The notes beneath the pieces are model-generated. The model did no database searches, had not been told where the DNA came from, and saw only the letters and a list, made by a program, of their open reading frames with translations. A stretch of DNA of 64,000 nucleotides from Candidatus Latescibacterota bacterium. GTDB lineage: Bacteria; Latescibacterota; UBA2968; GCA-2709665. Position numbers and translations under genes: made by a program. Below are positions 18,429-28,691 of this stretch, one piece after another; the stretch's first letter is position 1, and the number at the start of each line of letters is the position of its first letter. The stretch lies in NCBI GenBank assembly GCA_965219455.1, contig OZ244744.1, forward strand, positions 256,001 through 320,000, given 5' to 3'.

Positions 18429-20060
18429 CTAACCACGGCGGCCGTTCCGGGGCAAACCGCGCCGCAACACCCTGCCGGCTCTTTTTCCCGTTGTCTTACC
18501 GTCTTCGACTGCGGCGACGCCGTTGACGAAAAGCCAACGGACCCCTTCTGAATACAGACAGGGATTCTGAATTGTCGCCCGATCCAGCATCCCTCCGGGA
18601 TCGAACAGGACAAGGTCCGCGTGTTTTCCTTCCTGAAGCAGACCCCGACCCGTAAACCCCATCCGTTCGGCGGGAAATCGGGTCAGCTTTCGCACGAGGG
18701 ATTCAAGGGACATCACACCCCGTTCACGTACCAGCGTTCGAATCAGATACGCCATGCCTCCGTAGCACCGGGGATGTTCCCTTTCGCCCGCCAGGGGACC
18801 TGTATTGGCCATTGCCAGACCATCCGAACCCACCCCGCAATACGCCCCCTGCGCGAGACAGTCGATGTCCCGGTCGGTCTTGTCCTCTCCATAAAAGCTG
18901 GCGGCACCGTCTTCATCGATCAGAATATCGCAGATTGCGTCAAACGGGTGCGCATTTCGTGTTCGACCGATTTCGGCGAAGGTCTTGCCCGTCAGGGACG
19001 CGTTAACGGCGCAGTTGCCCAGCCAGAGTTTACTCCAGAGTCCGCGCTGCATCAATACCGTCTTTGTGCTCCCACCAAGTTCCGACCCGCTTCCCTCTAT
19101 CTCTCGCCACATTCGCCGCCGCTGTAAAGGCGCTTTCAATCGTTCGACCATCCTCCCGTTTCCACCCACCAGCGCCCAGGGCGGCAGGAGAGACTTCAGC
19201 GACGTGGACCCGGTCGCATAGAACTCCGTTTCCGCCGTTACATCCTGCCCGTCCGCCTGCGCGCGTTCAATCAGATCGAGCAGACGTGGCGCACTGCCCG
19301 TCGCCGGAGGACAGGGCGTTATATGGGAGGCGTGAACGGGAACCCCCGCCTCCCTTCCAATCGCAATCGCCTCCTCCAGCGCTTCCATAATGGACGCCGT
19401 ATAGTTGCGCATATGCGTCGCGTATATCCCGCCGTACGGGGCGGTCACGGCCGTCAACTCAATGATTTCGTCTGTCCTCGCGCTGCTCCCCGGCACGTAG
19501 GTCAGCCCGGTCGACATCCCCAGTGCGCCATCGGCCATCTGAGCGTCGACCAGTCCCTTCATTTCCTCCATCTCATCCCGGCCCGGCGGATGCGTGGATT
19601 GTCCCATCACCGTGTGCCGCACCGCGCCATGACCTACAAAAAAAGCGGCATTGATGGCTACGCCCTGCCGCTCCAGCGCGTCGAAATACCCGGCCGCGGA
19701 AGCCCAATCCGCCGCGACTTCGGACCGCAGTAGAGCGGACTCGAACGGGCCGAAATAGAATCCGTTACCCCCTACCGGAAATGCGGATATCCCGCAGTTT
19801 CCGCATACGTGGGTTGTCACACCCTGGTAGAGCGCACTCTCGCCCCGTCCGTCGATCAGCAGGCTGTAGTCCGAATGGGTATGGATGTCGATGAATCCGG
19901 GCGCCGCCGTCAACCCGCCACCGTCGATCTCAACCCTGGACGGGCCGGACGCACTGCCAACGGCGGCGATCCTGTCACCGTTGATACCCATGTCGCCCGT
20001 AAAGGCGGACGCACCCGTTCCATCAACGATACTGGCATTTCGGATCAGAACGTCAAACAT
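18429..20060 (-). CDS. N-acyl-D-amino-acid deacylase (amidohydrolase family)
   Basis: PGFIDIHTHSD, GNCG, HMRN, SHI, GSDG, HPR.YG and ADLVLFD motifs. Confidence 0.92.
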   Translation of the reverse strand: MFDVLIRNASIVDGTGASAFTGDMGINGDRIAAVGSASGPSRVEIDGGGLTAAPGFIDIHTHSDYSLLIDGRGESALYQGVTTHVCGNCGISAFPVGGNGFYFGPFESALLRSEVAADWASAAGYFDALERQGVAINAAFFVGHGAVRHTVMGQSTHPPGRDEMEEMKGLVDAQMADGALGMSTGLTYVPGSSARTDEIIELTAVTAPYGGIYATHMRNYTASIMEALEEAIAIGREAGVPVHASHITPCPPATGSAPRLLDLIERAQADGQDVTAETEFYATGSTSLKSLLPPWALVGGNGRMVERLKAPLQRRRMWREIEGSGSELGGSTKTVLMQRGLWSKLWLGNCAVNASLTGKTFAEIGRTRNAHPFDAICDILIDEDGAASFYGEDKTDRDIDCLAQGAYCGVGSDGLAMANTGPLAGEREHPRCYGGMAYLIRTLVRERGVMSLESLVRKLTRFPAERMGFTGRGLLQEGKHADLVLFDPGGMLDRATIQNPCLYSEGVRWLFVNGVAAVEDGKTTGKRAGRVLRRGLPRNGRRG

Positions 20061-20141
20061 TGTCGGACCGTTTCCGGAACGCGATTGAACGACACGACGG
20101 AAAGCGGACAACTGACGGAATGCCGTCGGCTCGCGTCACCG

Positions 20142-21263
20142 TCAATAGGGATCTCCCACGTGCCACCGATATTTCTCCACGCCCTCCATGTTCAACTCGA
20201 CCCCGAGGCCCGGTCCTTCAGGCACCACCAGGCAGCCCTCTTCGACCTTCAGCGGTTCGACCAGAATCTCATCCCGCCATTCGATTCCGGTGACAAACTC
20301 CATCGGCGCTTCGTTCGGGATGGAAGCCAGCAAATGCGCCGCCGCCAGAATTCCCACCGGCCCTTTCGTATTGTGAAAGGAAATCGGGACGTGATAGGTA
20401 TCGGCAATCGCCGCGATCTTTTTCACTTCCGTGATCCCACCCGCGTAGATGAGATCCGGCTGTGCGATATCGATTCCATCCAGCTCCAGGAGTTGTCGGT
20501 ACTGCGTCTTGGTGTTCAGCCGTTCGCTGCCCATTATCGGAATGGAAGTCTGGCTTCTCACCTTGGGATACGCGGACAAATCCTCGGGAGGTACCGGGTC
20601 TTCGAAACAGTACAAATCATAGGGTTCCAGCGCACGCGCCAGCCGTACGGCCCCGCCAACGGTAAATCGCCCATGGCAATCCACCAGAAGGTCGATCTCC
20701 GGGCCTACCGCTTCCCTGGCGGCCGCAAAATGGGCCGCCGTTTCGGCCGGAGCGCCGTCGTCCAGGTAGAATTCGAATGGGCGCCCGGTATTCGAACGCG
20801 CACCGGTTTTCAGGGCCCGGTAGCCCCGGTCGGCCCAGTCCCTGGCGCGCCTCGCCGACTCTTCGGGTGTCGCGCCGCTGAAGTGGGTATAAACACGAAC
20901 CCTGTCCCGAAATCTGCCTCCGAGCAACTCCACCAGGGGGAGATTCGCGGCCTTGCCCTTCAGGTCCCACAACGCCTGATCGATTCCGCTCAAGGCGCTC
21001 ATCCACACGGGCCCCACCATGCGCCAGATTCCGCTGAGTGACGAAATCCGATAAATCTTATGCCAGAGATACTCAATCCGCGATACATCCTCACCGACCA
21101 GTTCCCGTTTCATATGTTCAAGCGCCGAAACCACCACGGGCTCTTTTTGCGAATAGGTGGCCTCACCCAACCCCACCGGTCCCTCGTCCGTGTGTACTCG
21201 CACGATTGTCCACTTCCGCCCCGGCGAGTTGATCAATATCGAATCGATGTCACGGATCTTCAT
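20142..21263 (-). CDS. Mandelate racemase/enolase superfamily acid-sugar dehydratase (DgoD-like)
   Basis: SGIDQALWDLKGK, LVDCH, FEDP, GSER, QPD and FHN motifs. Confidence 0.9.
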   Translation of the reverse strand: MKIRDIDSILINSPGRKWTIVRVHTDEGPVGLGEATYSQKEPVVVSALEHMKRELVGEDVSRIEYLWHKIYRISSLSGIWRMVGPVWMSALSGIDQALWDLKGKAANLPLVELLGGRFRDRVRVYTHFSGATPEESARRARDWADRGYRALKTGARSNTGRPFEFYLDDGAPAETAAHFAAAREAVGPEIDLLVDCHGRFTVGGAVRLARALEPYDLYCFEDPVPPEDLSAYPKVRSQTSIPIMGSERLNTKTQYRQLLELDGIDIAQPDLIYAGGITEVKKIAAIADTYHVPISFHNTKGPVGILAAAHLLASIPNEAPMEFVTGIEWRDEILVEPLKVEEGCLVVPEGPGLGVELNMEGVEKYRWHVGDPY

Positions 21264-21988
21264 GTCGATCTCCCGACTTGCTTACAGGAGGCCACGAATT
21301 CGGCAGACGTAGTGGTGAACCCGATCAGGTGCTCAAACTGGCGAAGCATCATCCGATTCACCCATCCGCCTTCGGGCAGGCTGTCGTCCAGCGTATCGGG
21401 AAATTCGATCTCACCTGGCGGATTGGAACAGTCACGTAAGAGGATCACCCGATAATTGTGGCCCATCGCCTCTGCGCATGTATAGTGCAGACATGCCCGC
21501 CGGCTGTAGCCCACCACAAACAGATTCTCGATGCCCCAGGAGCGCAGCCTCTGGTTGAGAAACGTATCGCGAAATCCGCTCCACATCCACTTCGGAAAAT
21601 TCGGCTCACCGGGGCGCGGCGCCACGCAATCCACGTAGACCGGCTCATAGTCCGGTTTCTTGGTCCAACTTTCCATCACGTCACCGTTGGGCACCTTGGT
21701 CCTGCTCCAGAATTGACCCGCCACACAACCGGGATCGGCCACCAGCCTCAGGTCGTTGTGAACATACGCCACTTTCATTTTCAAGGCCCGGGCCGCCTCC
21801 AGGGCCGGCGCGATGAAATCCCGCGTTGTCGGATGCGGCATCCTTTCACCCTTGAACGAATAGCCTCCATCCACGTCCACAAGCAGGAAACAACATCGCT
21901 CAAACGGCAACCTCAAGTTCTCAAACCCGTAATCGTAACCGCCGGGGTAATCCTTGTAATAACGTACGGGTATCTCAATGCTCGCCAT
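21260..21988 (-). CDS. Isochorismatase/cysteine hydrolase family
   Basis: Catalytic D (LLVD), K (FPKWMWSGF) and C (GYSRRACL); strong RBS GGAGGAGG. Confidence 0.85.
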   Translation of the reverse strand: MASIEIPVRYYKDYPGGYDYGFENLRLPFERCCFLLVDVDGGYSFKGERMPHPTTRDFIAPALEAARALKMKVAYVHNDLRLVADPGCVAGQFWSRTKVPNGDVMESWTKKPDYEPVYVDCVAPRPGEPNFPKWMWSGFRDTFLNQRLRSWGIENLFVVGYSRRACLHYTCAEAMGHNYRVILLRDCSNPPGEIEFPDTLDDSLPEGGWVNRMMLRQFEHLIGFTTTSAEFVASCKQVGRST

Positions 21989-22117
21989 GAGGGACACCTC
22001 CTCCCGGTTATCGCGCGCTCCGTTGGGGTTCGAGAGGGAGCACGCAAGGAAAAATGCCGTGCACCCAGCCGGGGTTTGTGAGAATCGGGCGGCCGGCGGC
22101 CTCCCGTTCTACTGCCG

Positions 22118-24649
22118 TTAGTTCAGCAAAACCCGGAGGGTCTTGATTTCGAAGGGGGCGAACCCGATGGCATCCCCATCCAGAACGCGCACTCGGCGCT
22201 CCATCAGATCCGCTTCGTGAACCGAGACGACATCGCGGCAGGAAAACAGCCGGGCCTCACAGGATCTGCCGACGGTTTCGTACGCGCGCACAAGCAGTCC
22301 TTCGCCGTCTTCGGCCCGCTTAATCGTTGTACATACGATTCCAGGACCGTCGAGGAAGAGAAATTGCATTTTATCCGGCAATGACTTCTCCGAAACCGAG
22401 TCGTACACGACCCGGGCGTGAAGCCGCTGGCGCAGGTTCCAACCGTCCTGGAAGGCGTTTCCCTGCGCGAAATCGCCCCGATATCCCCGGATGGAGTACC
22501 TGCTTGTCACCACGTCTGGAAACGAGCGCCAAATGACGTTGTAGGAATACGATGCCGGATCGAGGCCGGAATGCAAGACGTCGCCGCGCACTACGCCGGC
22601 ACCGAACTGGAACGCCTTCCGGTCCGAGGCAAGTACAAAACCGCCATCAGATCCATCCACGGCCACCCATCCCTGGCAGACCCGCTGGACTTGAAGCGAA
22701 TCACGCTCAGTCCCGTCTCTCTCAAGTTTCTGATATCCGTGCGGAGTGCCGTACCGGATGGAGTCGCCCGCAACCGGGAAGACCATTTGCACTCGAACCG
22801 GCTTTGGATCGCGCCATTGAAGCCGCAAGTCCACATCCACCCGGTCCATTCCTCCGTAAAGCCGGTACCTGATCTCGCAGGACGACGACATCAGTTTCCC
22901 GGCCACCAGCAACGTCGCTCGCACCTCGCCACTTTCTTCGAGGTCAACGCGTTCGACCGCCATCTCGAACCGCCTGCCGGTGGCGGAGGATCCGCTGGTC
23001 AGCGCGTCCTCCGTTCCGATGACATGGATGCCGTCAACCAGTAAAACGCCCGTACTTCTGTCCGACACGCGCACCCGACCGGTGATTTCGTTTACTTCGA
23101 GGTCGACAAAAGCCGTCCTGAAGCGGCGGCCGATCCGCACATATCCAAATGCTTCGGACACCCGGTCTTCGACATCTTTCAGAACGAACGAGGGCTCAGG
23201 GAAGTCCGGCGTCATCCGCCCGGGCGCCATCATTTCAGGAGGCTGGATGCCCACCAGCGGCTGCGTTTCCGTAACGCCGGGTACAAGATAGTAGGTAGCG
23301 TATCCATTGGCCGGAACCTCTCGCGCGGCGAAGATCAGACTCACCTCTGCCGTCTCCGTCTGCCTGCCCGCGAGTTCCTGAAACGGCACCGTACGACCGG
23401 ACGCGTCCACCAGTTTGTATATTTCGTACCGGGTAAAATCGGTCGCCTCCACGTCCCCGTAAAACGTGACATGTACTTCCACCAGGTCGGTACGCGGCCA
23501 GGAAAGCGGGTTGAACACCACGATGGGCAACCTTCCGTCCGGTCCATCGCGCGGCGTTACGCGTTCCGCGATCATCCTTTCAGCTTCGCGTACAATCCGT
23601 ACCGCTGTGGTGATAACGGCCCGCTGGTCGCTCCGCCTTCGTTCCAGCCCCTCCTTTGCCGCCGCACCGTCGTAGCGGTACGACGTTGCCTCGAGTTGGC
23701 GCAGCCACGCCGCCTTCAGGTCCGTCCCGGGATATGTAAACGGGAAGAGTGTCACCGCCATTGCCGACATCTGCTCGGCCCGTAACAACCCGCAGACGGC
23801 AGGGTCGTTCAGGGGCGCTGTTCCAGGATGCACCGGCTCCAGGTGCGATCCGGCCGGCGAATTCTGCTCGCACACCTCCTTGAGTTGCTCCGTCGCCCTA
23901 AATTGCGGGATAATGTCAGAAGGCGTCCCCAGTTTGAGGTCGACCGCTTCGGCCTTCGCCCACTCCGCCAGTTCAACAAGGGCCGCTTCGCTCGGCCGGA
24001 CCATCAGCCCGCCCCAGTGCAGCGGCAACCTCCCCTCGTGCCTCTCATGCTGTCCGGCAATCGCCGCGTTTCGAGCCCGCCTGGTCTGCGGCGTTCCGCG
24101 AACCGCTTCCCAGAGCAACTGGCTGCCCCCGGTTGCGTTCCAACAGACCACCTGTGAACCGTCGGGCCCCCGCCAGCGGAACAAAACGTCCTGATTCCAT
24201 CCACTTGCCGTCAGCACGATGTGCTCGATTCCGCACTTGAGAGCAACCTGAACGTATTGCGAACTCGTACCGCTCCCGTCGCCCAGATGTACAACCGTCG
24301 GATCCGCGCCCAGCACGTCGCGGGCGAAGGCTTTTCCATAAAGCAGATTTCGAACCAGGTCTTCGCCGGTGGACAGCCGGTGATCCATCTGCGTCCAGCC
24401 GGCCCCCAACTCGAGGCGCCCCGCGGAAACCGCGGCCCGGATCCGTTCCACCGACTCGGGATGCGCCTCAAGATAAGCGTATAGACAGACCAGATCCTCG
24501 ATCAGGAACCTGAAGTCGTCCCGGGCGGCTACCAGGCGCAGGATCTGCGCGATGATCTCCGCCCCGCGAGACAGACACGCCTCTTTGTCACCCAACCCAA
24601 AGAGTGTCAACCGTGAAAACGGAACGACGTATATTGCCTCTTTCGACAT
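22118..24649 (-). CDS. GH38 alpha-mannosidase-like protein with degenerate active site
   Basis: GED.VRNL.YG, FRWRGPDGS, VFNPLSWPR, VPANGY, KRAEDG...VR.YE and PFEIKT motifs. The N-terminal HxD is replaced by RLT. Confidence 0.8.
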   Translation of the reverse strand: MSKEAIYVVPFSRLTLFGLGDKEACLSRGAEIIAQILRLVAARDDFRFLIEDLVCLYAYLEAHPESVERIRAAVSAGRLELGAGWTQMDHRLSTGEDLVRNLLYGKAFARDVLGADPTVVHLGDGSGTSSQYVQVALKCGIEHIVLTASGWNQDVLFRWRGPDGSQVVCWNATGGSQLLWEAVRGTPQTRRARNAAIAGQHERHEGRLPLHWGGLMVRPSEAALVELAEWAKAEAVDLKLGTPSDIIPQFRATEQLKEVCEQNSPAGSHLEPVHPGTAPLNDPAVCGLLRAEQMSAMAVTLFPFTYPGTDLKAAWLRQLEATSYRYDGAAAKEGLERRRSDQRAVITTAVRIVREAERMIAERVTPRDGPDGRLPIVVFNPLSWPRTDLVEVHVTFYGDVEATDFTRYEIYKLVDASGRTVPFQELAGRQTETAEVSLIFAAREVPANGYATYYLVPGVTETQPLVGIQPPEMMAPGRMTPDFPEPSFVLKDVEDRVSEAFGYVRIGRRFRTAFVDLEVNEITGRVRVSDRSTGVLLVDGIHVIGTEDALTSGSSATGRRFEMAVERVDLEESGEVRATLLVAGKLMSSSCEIRYRLYGGMDRVDVDLRLQWRDPKPVRVQMVFPVAGDSIRYGTPHGYQKLERDGTERDSLQVQRVCQGWVAVDGSDGGFVLASDRKAFQFGAGVVRGDVLHSGLDPASYSYNVIWRSFPDVVTSRYSIRGYRGDFAQGNAFQDGWNLRQRLHARVVYDSVSEKSLPDKMQFLFLDGPGIVCTTIKRAEDGEGLLVRAYETVGRSCEARLFSCRDVVSVHEADLMERRVRVLDGDAIGFAPFEIKTLRVLLN

Positions 24650-24876
24650 GGTGGATTCGACCATCGGTCAGATCGGCCGTCGCGCGTTGATTAATTGCCA
24701 TAATCAGCCGCAACATGATACGGAACGGCCGATGGCCTGTAAAGAGAAATCTCCCGTTCTAACGGCATCCACGCACCAGGATTAAACGCTTGACGCTCTC
24801 CTTCCGCCCGGCTATCTTGGAGCGCCGATTTCCCCTGAAACTTGAGACCGGCTGTCCTTTGCGGCCGGTCCGTCAC

Positions 24877-25725
24877 CTATCCCCCAAACTTGACCAGCAT
24901 CAGACCCAACACAATGGCGCCAATTCCCACGCCTTTATGCCATCCGAATCGCTCGCCCAGAAAGTGAACACCCAGAAAAACGCCGATGACCACCGAAAAT
25001 TCCCTGACGGCAAGAACATAGCTGACCTTACCAAGACGCATGGCGAACAGGACGATCAGGTACGTCGCCATAGAACCGGGCCCTGCCCACAGCGCATACC
25101 TTTTCAGTCCGCGCCACGTATGGACAACCGCCGGCCGGTGCCGCAACAGCACATAGGGGGATAGGAGTACACCCGGAATCAGAAACAGGGAAAAGACGTA
25201 GTGTACCGGATGGATCAGTGATACCCCCTGCTTGTCCACAACGGAATAGACAGCGATCGTTGCGCCTACGATGAGCGCGTACGGTATGGACTGGCGACTC
25301 TTCCGGGATCGCACATCACCAACACCCAGCAGAATAATGCCAAGCAAGACGGCTGCGATGCCCATAACACCCGGGATTGAGAGCCGCTCGTCGATCAGAA
25401 TCCACGCGGCCACGGCCGTTCCTCCCACTCCGGTGCCGCGCGCAAGCGGATATACCACCGAAATCTCGCCCTCTTCGTATGATTTGGCCAGCATCAGGAA
25501 ATACAAGGAATGGGTCAATCCTGTAGCCACGATAAAGGGCCATGCCGCCGCAAGCGCGTCCAACCGAAGGGGAAGAAAACAAACCACCGGAAGGCTTGCA
25601 ACAACCGCGAACCACATTCCTACCCACAGCACCGCCAGATTTCCGGATGCCTTTCGCACCGCGAAATTCCAGGCGGCGTGCAGGACGGTGGAAATCATGA
25701 CCAGAATAAAGGCCTGCATCGGCAT
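24877..25725 (-). CDS. EamA/DMT superfamily transporter
   Basis: LHAAWN, YEEGEISVVYPLARG and REFSV motifs; about 10 TM segments. Confidence 0.9.
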   Translation of the reverse strand: MPMQAFILVMISTVLHAAWNFAVRKASGNLAVLWVGMWFAVVASLPVVCFLPLRLDALAAAWPFIVATGLTHSLYFLMLAKSYEEGEISVVYPLARGTGVGGTAVAAWILIDERLSIPGVMGIAAVLLGIILLGVGDVRSRKSRQSIPYALIVGATIAVYSVVDKQGVSLIHPVHYVFSLFLIPGVLLSPYVLLRHRPAVVHTWRGLKRYALWAGPGSMATYLIVLFAMRLGKVSYVLAVREFSVVIGVFLGVHFLGERFGWHKGVGIGAIVLGLMLVKFGG

Positions 25726-25864
25726 CGCGTCACCTCGGTGCGTCAGGTACCGGCCTGAAAAAAATCAAGACCGTCGTCACATCCCGGTCAGCGTACACGC
25801 ACACGCCACCCGTCTCCCGTTACCAACGGACTCATCACACAACCTGCCGTAAAGGATTCCCGTT

Positions 25865-27049
25865 ATGCTGACCGGCGAGTACGCCGATTTCGACCCCCAC
25901 GAATATAAACGACGTCTGGCCAAACTGCGGGATCTCATGTCACGCAACCGTCTGGACGCGGTCCTGATTACCACCGACACGAACCATCGCTACTTCAGCG
26001 GGCACTGGACCCATCGCTGGGGGCACAAGTTCACCTCTCTGTTCGCCCTGCTTCCACTCGAACGCGATCCCGTGCTCATCGTCCCGCCACTGGAAACGGG
26101 GATGTGTGAGGAGGACGCCTGGATCGAAGACCTGCGCACGTATAAGCCGCCCATCCGCGTCAGGGCGGGGGTCTCGCTTCTGACCGAAGTCATCCGCGAA
26201 CTTGGCCTCGACGGTGCCCGCATCGGCGCCGAACTGGGTGGCGTCCTCTGGTCGCGCATGCCCTACGACGACTTCGGACGTTTAAAGGCCAATCTTCCCG
26301 GCGTAGAATTCGCCGATGCCGCGCAACTGCTCTGGAAGACCCGGTTCTGCAAGTCCCGAGCCGAGATCGCCTATATTCGCAAAGCCGTCCAGATCACCGA
26401 CCAGGCCTATCGCACCCTCTTCGACACCGTTAAACCCGGCATGACCGAAAGGGATCTATATAGCCTGCTCTGTGTAGAGCACCTGAAACGGGGGATGGAC
26501 GCGCCCGGTTCGATCACGCTGGCCGCCTGCATCCCCGGCGACGCGCGTAGCAGCAACCGCAGCCTGCGCCGACACACCGACCGCACGCTGACCGAAGGCG
26601 AACTCATCGCCCACGACGCCGGCGGTGTGTACCGCGGATATTGGTCGGACTACACACGCATGTTCGCACTGGGTCGGGCCGAACAGGAACACAAGGACGC
26701 CTACAGGACCGTCTACGATTGTATGCAAGCTGCAAACGACGCGATCCGACCCGGCGTTCCAATCTCGGACCTGGTTCGCGTTTCGATCGAAACGCTGACA
26801 AGGGCGGGTTTCGTGGAGCAGGCGCAGCGCGTCACCGGGATCGGGCATGCCATAGGCCTCGACATTATCGAACCCCCGTTCATCGAACTCGAAGACGACA
26901 CCCTGTTGGCGGAAGGCATGGTTCTCACAGTCGAACCTTCTCTGTACACGGGTGGCGCGTACTTCATGCTCGAAGAGGATGTCGTCGTGACCGATACCGG
27001 CTGCGAAATCCTCTCGGAACCCGCTCCCGGGGAATTGCCGGTCCTGTAG
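25865..27049 (+). CDS. Xaa-Pro aminopeptidase / M24 metallopeptidase family
   Basis: D.G..Y.GYWSDYTR, GHAIGL, TVEP and LEEDVVVT motifs. Confidence 0.9.
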   Translation: MLTGEYADFDPHEYKRRLAKLRDLMSRNRLDAVLITTDTNHRYFSGHWTHRWGHKFTSLFALLPLERDPVLIVPPLETGMCEEDAWIEDLRTYKPPIRVRAGVSLLTEVIRELGLDGARIGAELGGVLWSRMPYDDFGRLKANLPGVEFADAAQLLWKTRFCKSRAEIAYIRKAVQITDQAYRTLFDTVKPGMTERDLYSLLCVEHLKRGMDAPGSITLAACIPGDARSSNRSLRRHTDRTLTEGELIAHDAGGVYRGYWSDYTRMFALGRAEQEHKDAYRTVYDCMQAANDAIRPGVPISDLVRVSIETLTRAGFVEQAQRVTGIGHAIGLDIIEPPFIELEDDTLLAEGMVLTVEPSLYTGGAYFMLEEDVVVTDTGCEILSEPAPGELPVL

Positions 27050-27176
27050 TCGCCTGCCGTTTCCTCCGAAACGCTTTGCCGCATTGACATCCACGCCGGA
27101 ACCGATTCGAAAAAGGGGCGCATGGCGCCCCGGTTTTCGGTGTGAATTTCCGTGTGTACGTGTATCGTTTTTTCCG

Positions 27177-28508
27177 CTAAAACGACTGAAGATCCTGAAT
27201 AACCAGTCCTGAATACACTTTCGGATAAAAGAACGTGGACTTGGGAGGCATTCGCTCGCCGGCCAGGACAACGCTGCGCAACTGGTTCATGCCCACGGGA
27301 TTCAGAAAGAAGCCAGCCCGATCGGGTGCGGCCTTCACCAGGTCCAGGACCTCACGCTCGACCTTTACAAACTTCACCTTCTCGCCCCGGGTCAATGTCT
27401 CCGGATCCAGATCCAGCGCCTTGCCCAGAACCAGTTGCAGCAACCCGGGGTCCAGCGCCCGCCACGCCTCCGAATGTCCGCAGCTGTCAAGTTCCGAGGG
27501 ATCCACGCTTCTCTTCATCGTCAGATAGTGCACTTCGGAACACGTTCCGTGGCAAAATCCGAATACGGTCCGGCCGCCACCGCGCCGTTTCAACTCCCGC
27601 AATACCGATTTGGTATCACTGAGGGGCGCCCGTTCAACGTCACACAGTTCCGCCAGCCCCTTCGTGAGTCTTGCGACCCCGCCCGCTCCCAGATCCAGGA
27701 CCACCCGGTGAATCGCATTGATGGCCATCCCCTCCGCATCGTCCATGTTCACGAGCGTCTGCATCCGGTACCCGTATGGCTTGCCCTGCCAATCCTCGCC
27801 ACTGGCCACCACGCGTTCATCCCGGTAGACCACCGCAGTTTCGTATCGGTGATGCCCGTCCGCGATGAAGAAAGGCTTGTCTTTAAGCGTACGGGCCACG
27901 TCGTCTACCACGGCTCTTTCCGTCACACGCCAGAACCTGTGTCCAACGCCGTCCTCGCCTGTAAATGCAAATAGCGGGGCGTCATCCAGGACTGGCGCCA
28001 CAATATTCCGCACGTGGTCACCGGGGTCGGAGTATAACGAGAAAATCTGGCCAAAGGCCGCACGGGTATGTCGCATGAGCGCCAGCCTGTCCACTTTCGG
28101 ACCCGGCATGGTATACTCATGCGGCAATATGGGGCCTTCTCCCAGCGCATCCGCACGCACCAGCGCCACAATCCCCAGCCTCGTCTTACTTTTCGTCCCC
28201 TCGGGGTTACTTACATCGAAGTCCTGTGCGTAGAGATAAATCCCCTCTTCCCGGTCTCGAACGAGGACACCCTCCTCAAGCCAGCCTCGATACGCCGCCG
28301 CGGCGCGGGTGTAACGATTCTCGTCAGTCGAATCCCCTGCATTCTGCACGCCCTGGATAATGCGCACGATGTTGTTGGGATGCGCGTCGTACAGTGCCCG
28401 TTGCATCGACCCGTCAATCACGTCGTAGGGCGGCGCGACGACGTCGCCAACGTTGCCTATCCTGTCGATTGCGTACCGAATTCCACGAAAAGCCCTGATC
28501 TCCGCCAT
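27177..28508 (-). CDS. DUF1015 family protein
   Basis: PPYDVI, PHE.T, IADGHHRYETA and MPPKSTFFYPK motifs. Confidence 0.92.
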   Translation of the reverse strand: MAEIRAFRGIRYAIDRIGNVGDVVAPPYDVIDGSMQRALYDAHPNNIVRIIQGVQNAGDSTDENRYTRAAAAYRGWLEEGVLVRDREEGIYLYAQDFDVSNPEGTKSKTRLGIVALVRADALGEGPILPHEYTMPGPKVDRLALMRHTRAAFGQIFSLYSDPGDHVRNIVAPVLDDAPLFAFTGEDGVGHRFWRVTERAVVDDVARTLKDKPFFIADGHHRYETAVVYRDERVVASGEDWQGKPYGYRMQTLVNMDDAEGMAINAIHRVVLDLGAGGVARLTKGLAELCDVERAPLSDTKSVLRELKRRGGGRTVFGFCHGTCSEVHYLTMKRSVDPSELDSCGHSEAWRALDPGLLQLVLGKALDLDPETLTRGEKVKFVKVEREVLDLVKAAPDRAGFFLNPVGMNQLRSVVLAGERMPPKSTFFYPKVYSGLVIQDLQSF

Positions 28509-28691
28509 TGGCCATCTCTCCGAGATTTTTCTGCAGCCACCGGATCCCATCCCCGTTGCCGCGGCGACCATCCGCTCGCACTCACGGCCGGGTTGACCGT
28601 TTGACCCGGCCCCATTGTCGTGAACCCAAGGGCCGGAAGGAGCAGCGAACGCGGGAAAAGCCCGGAAAATTCCGCAATAGGCTGGTAAACT

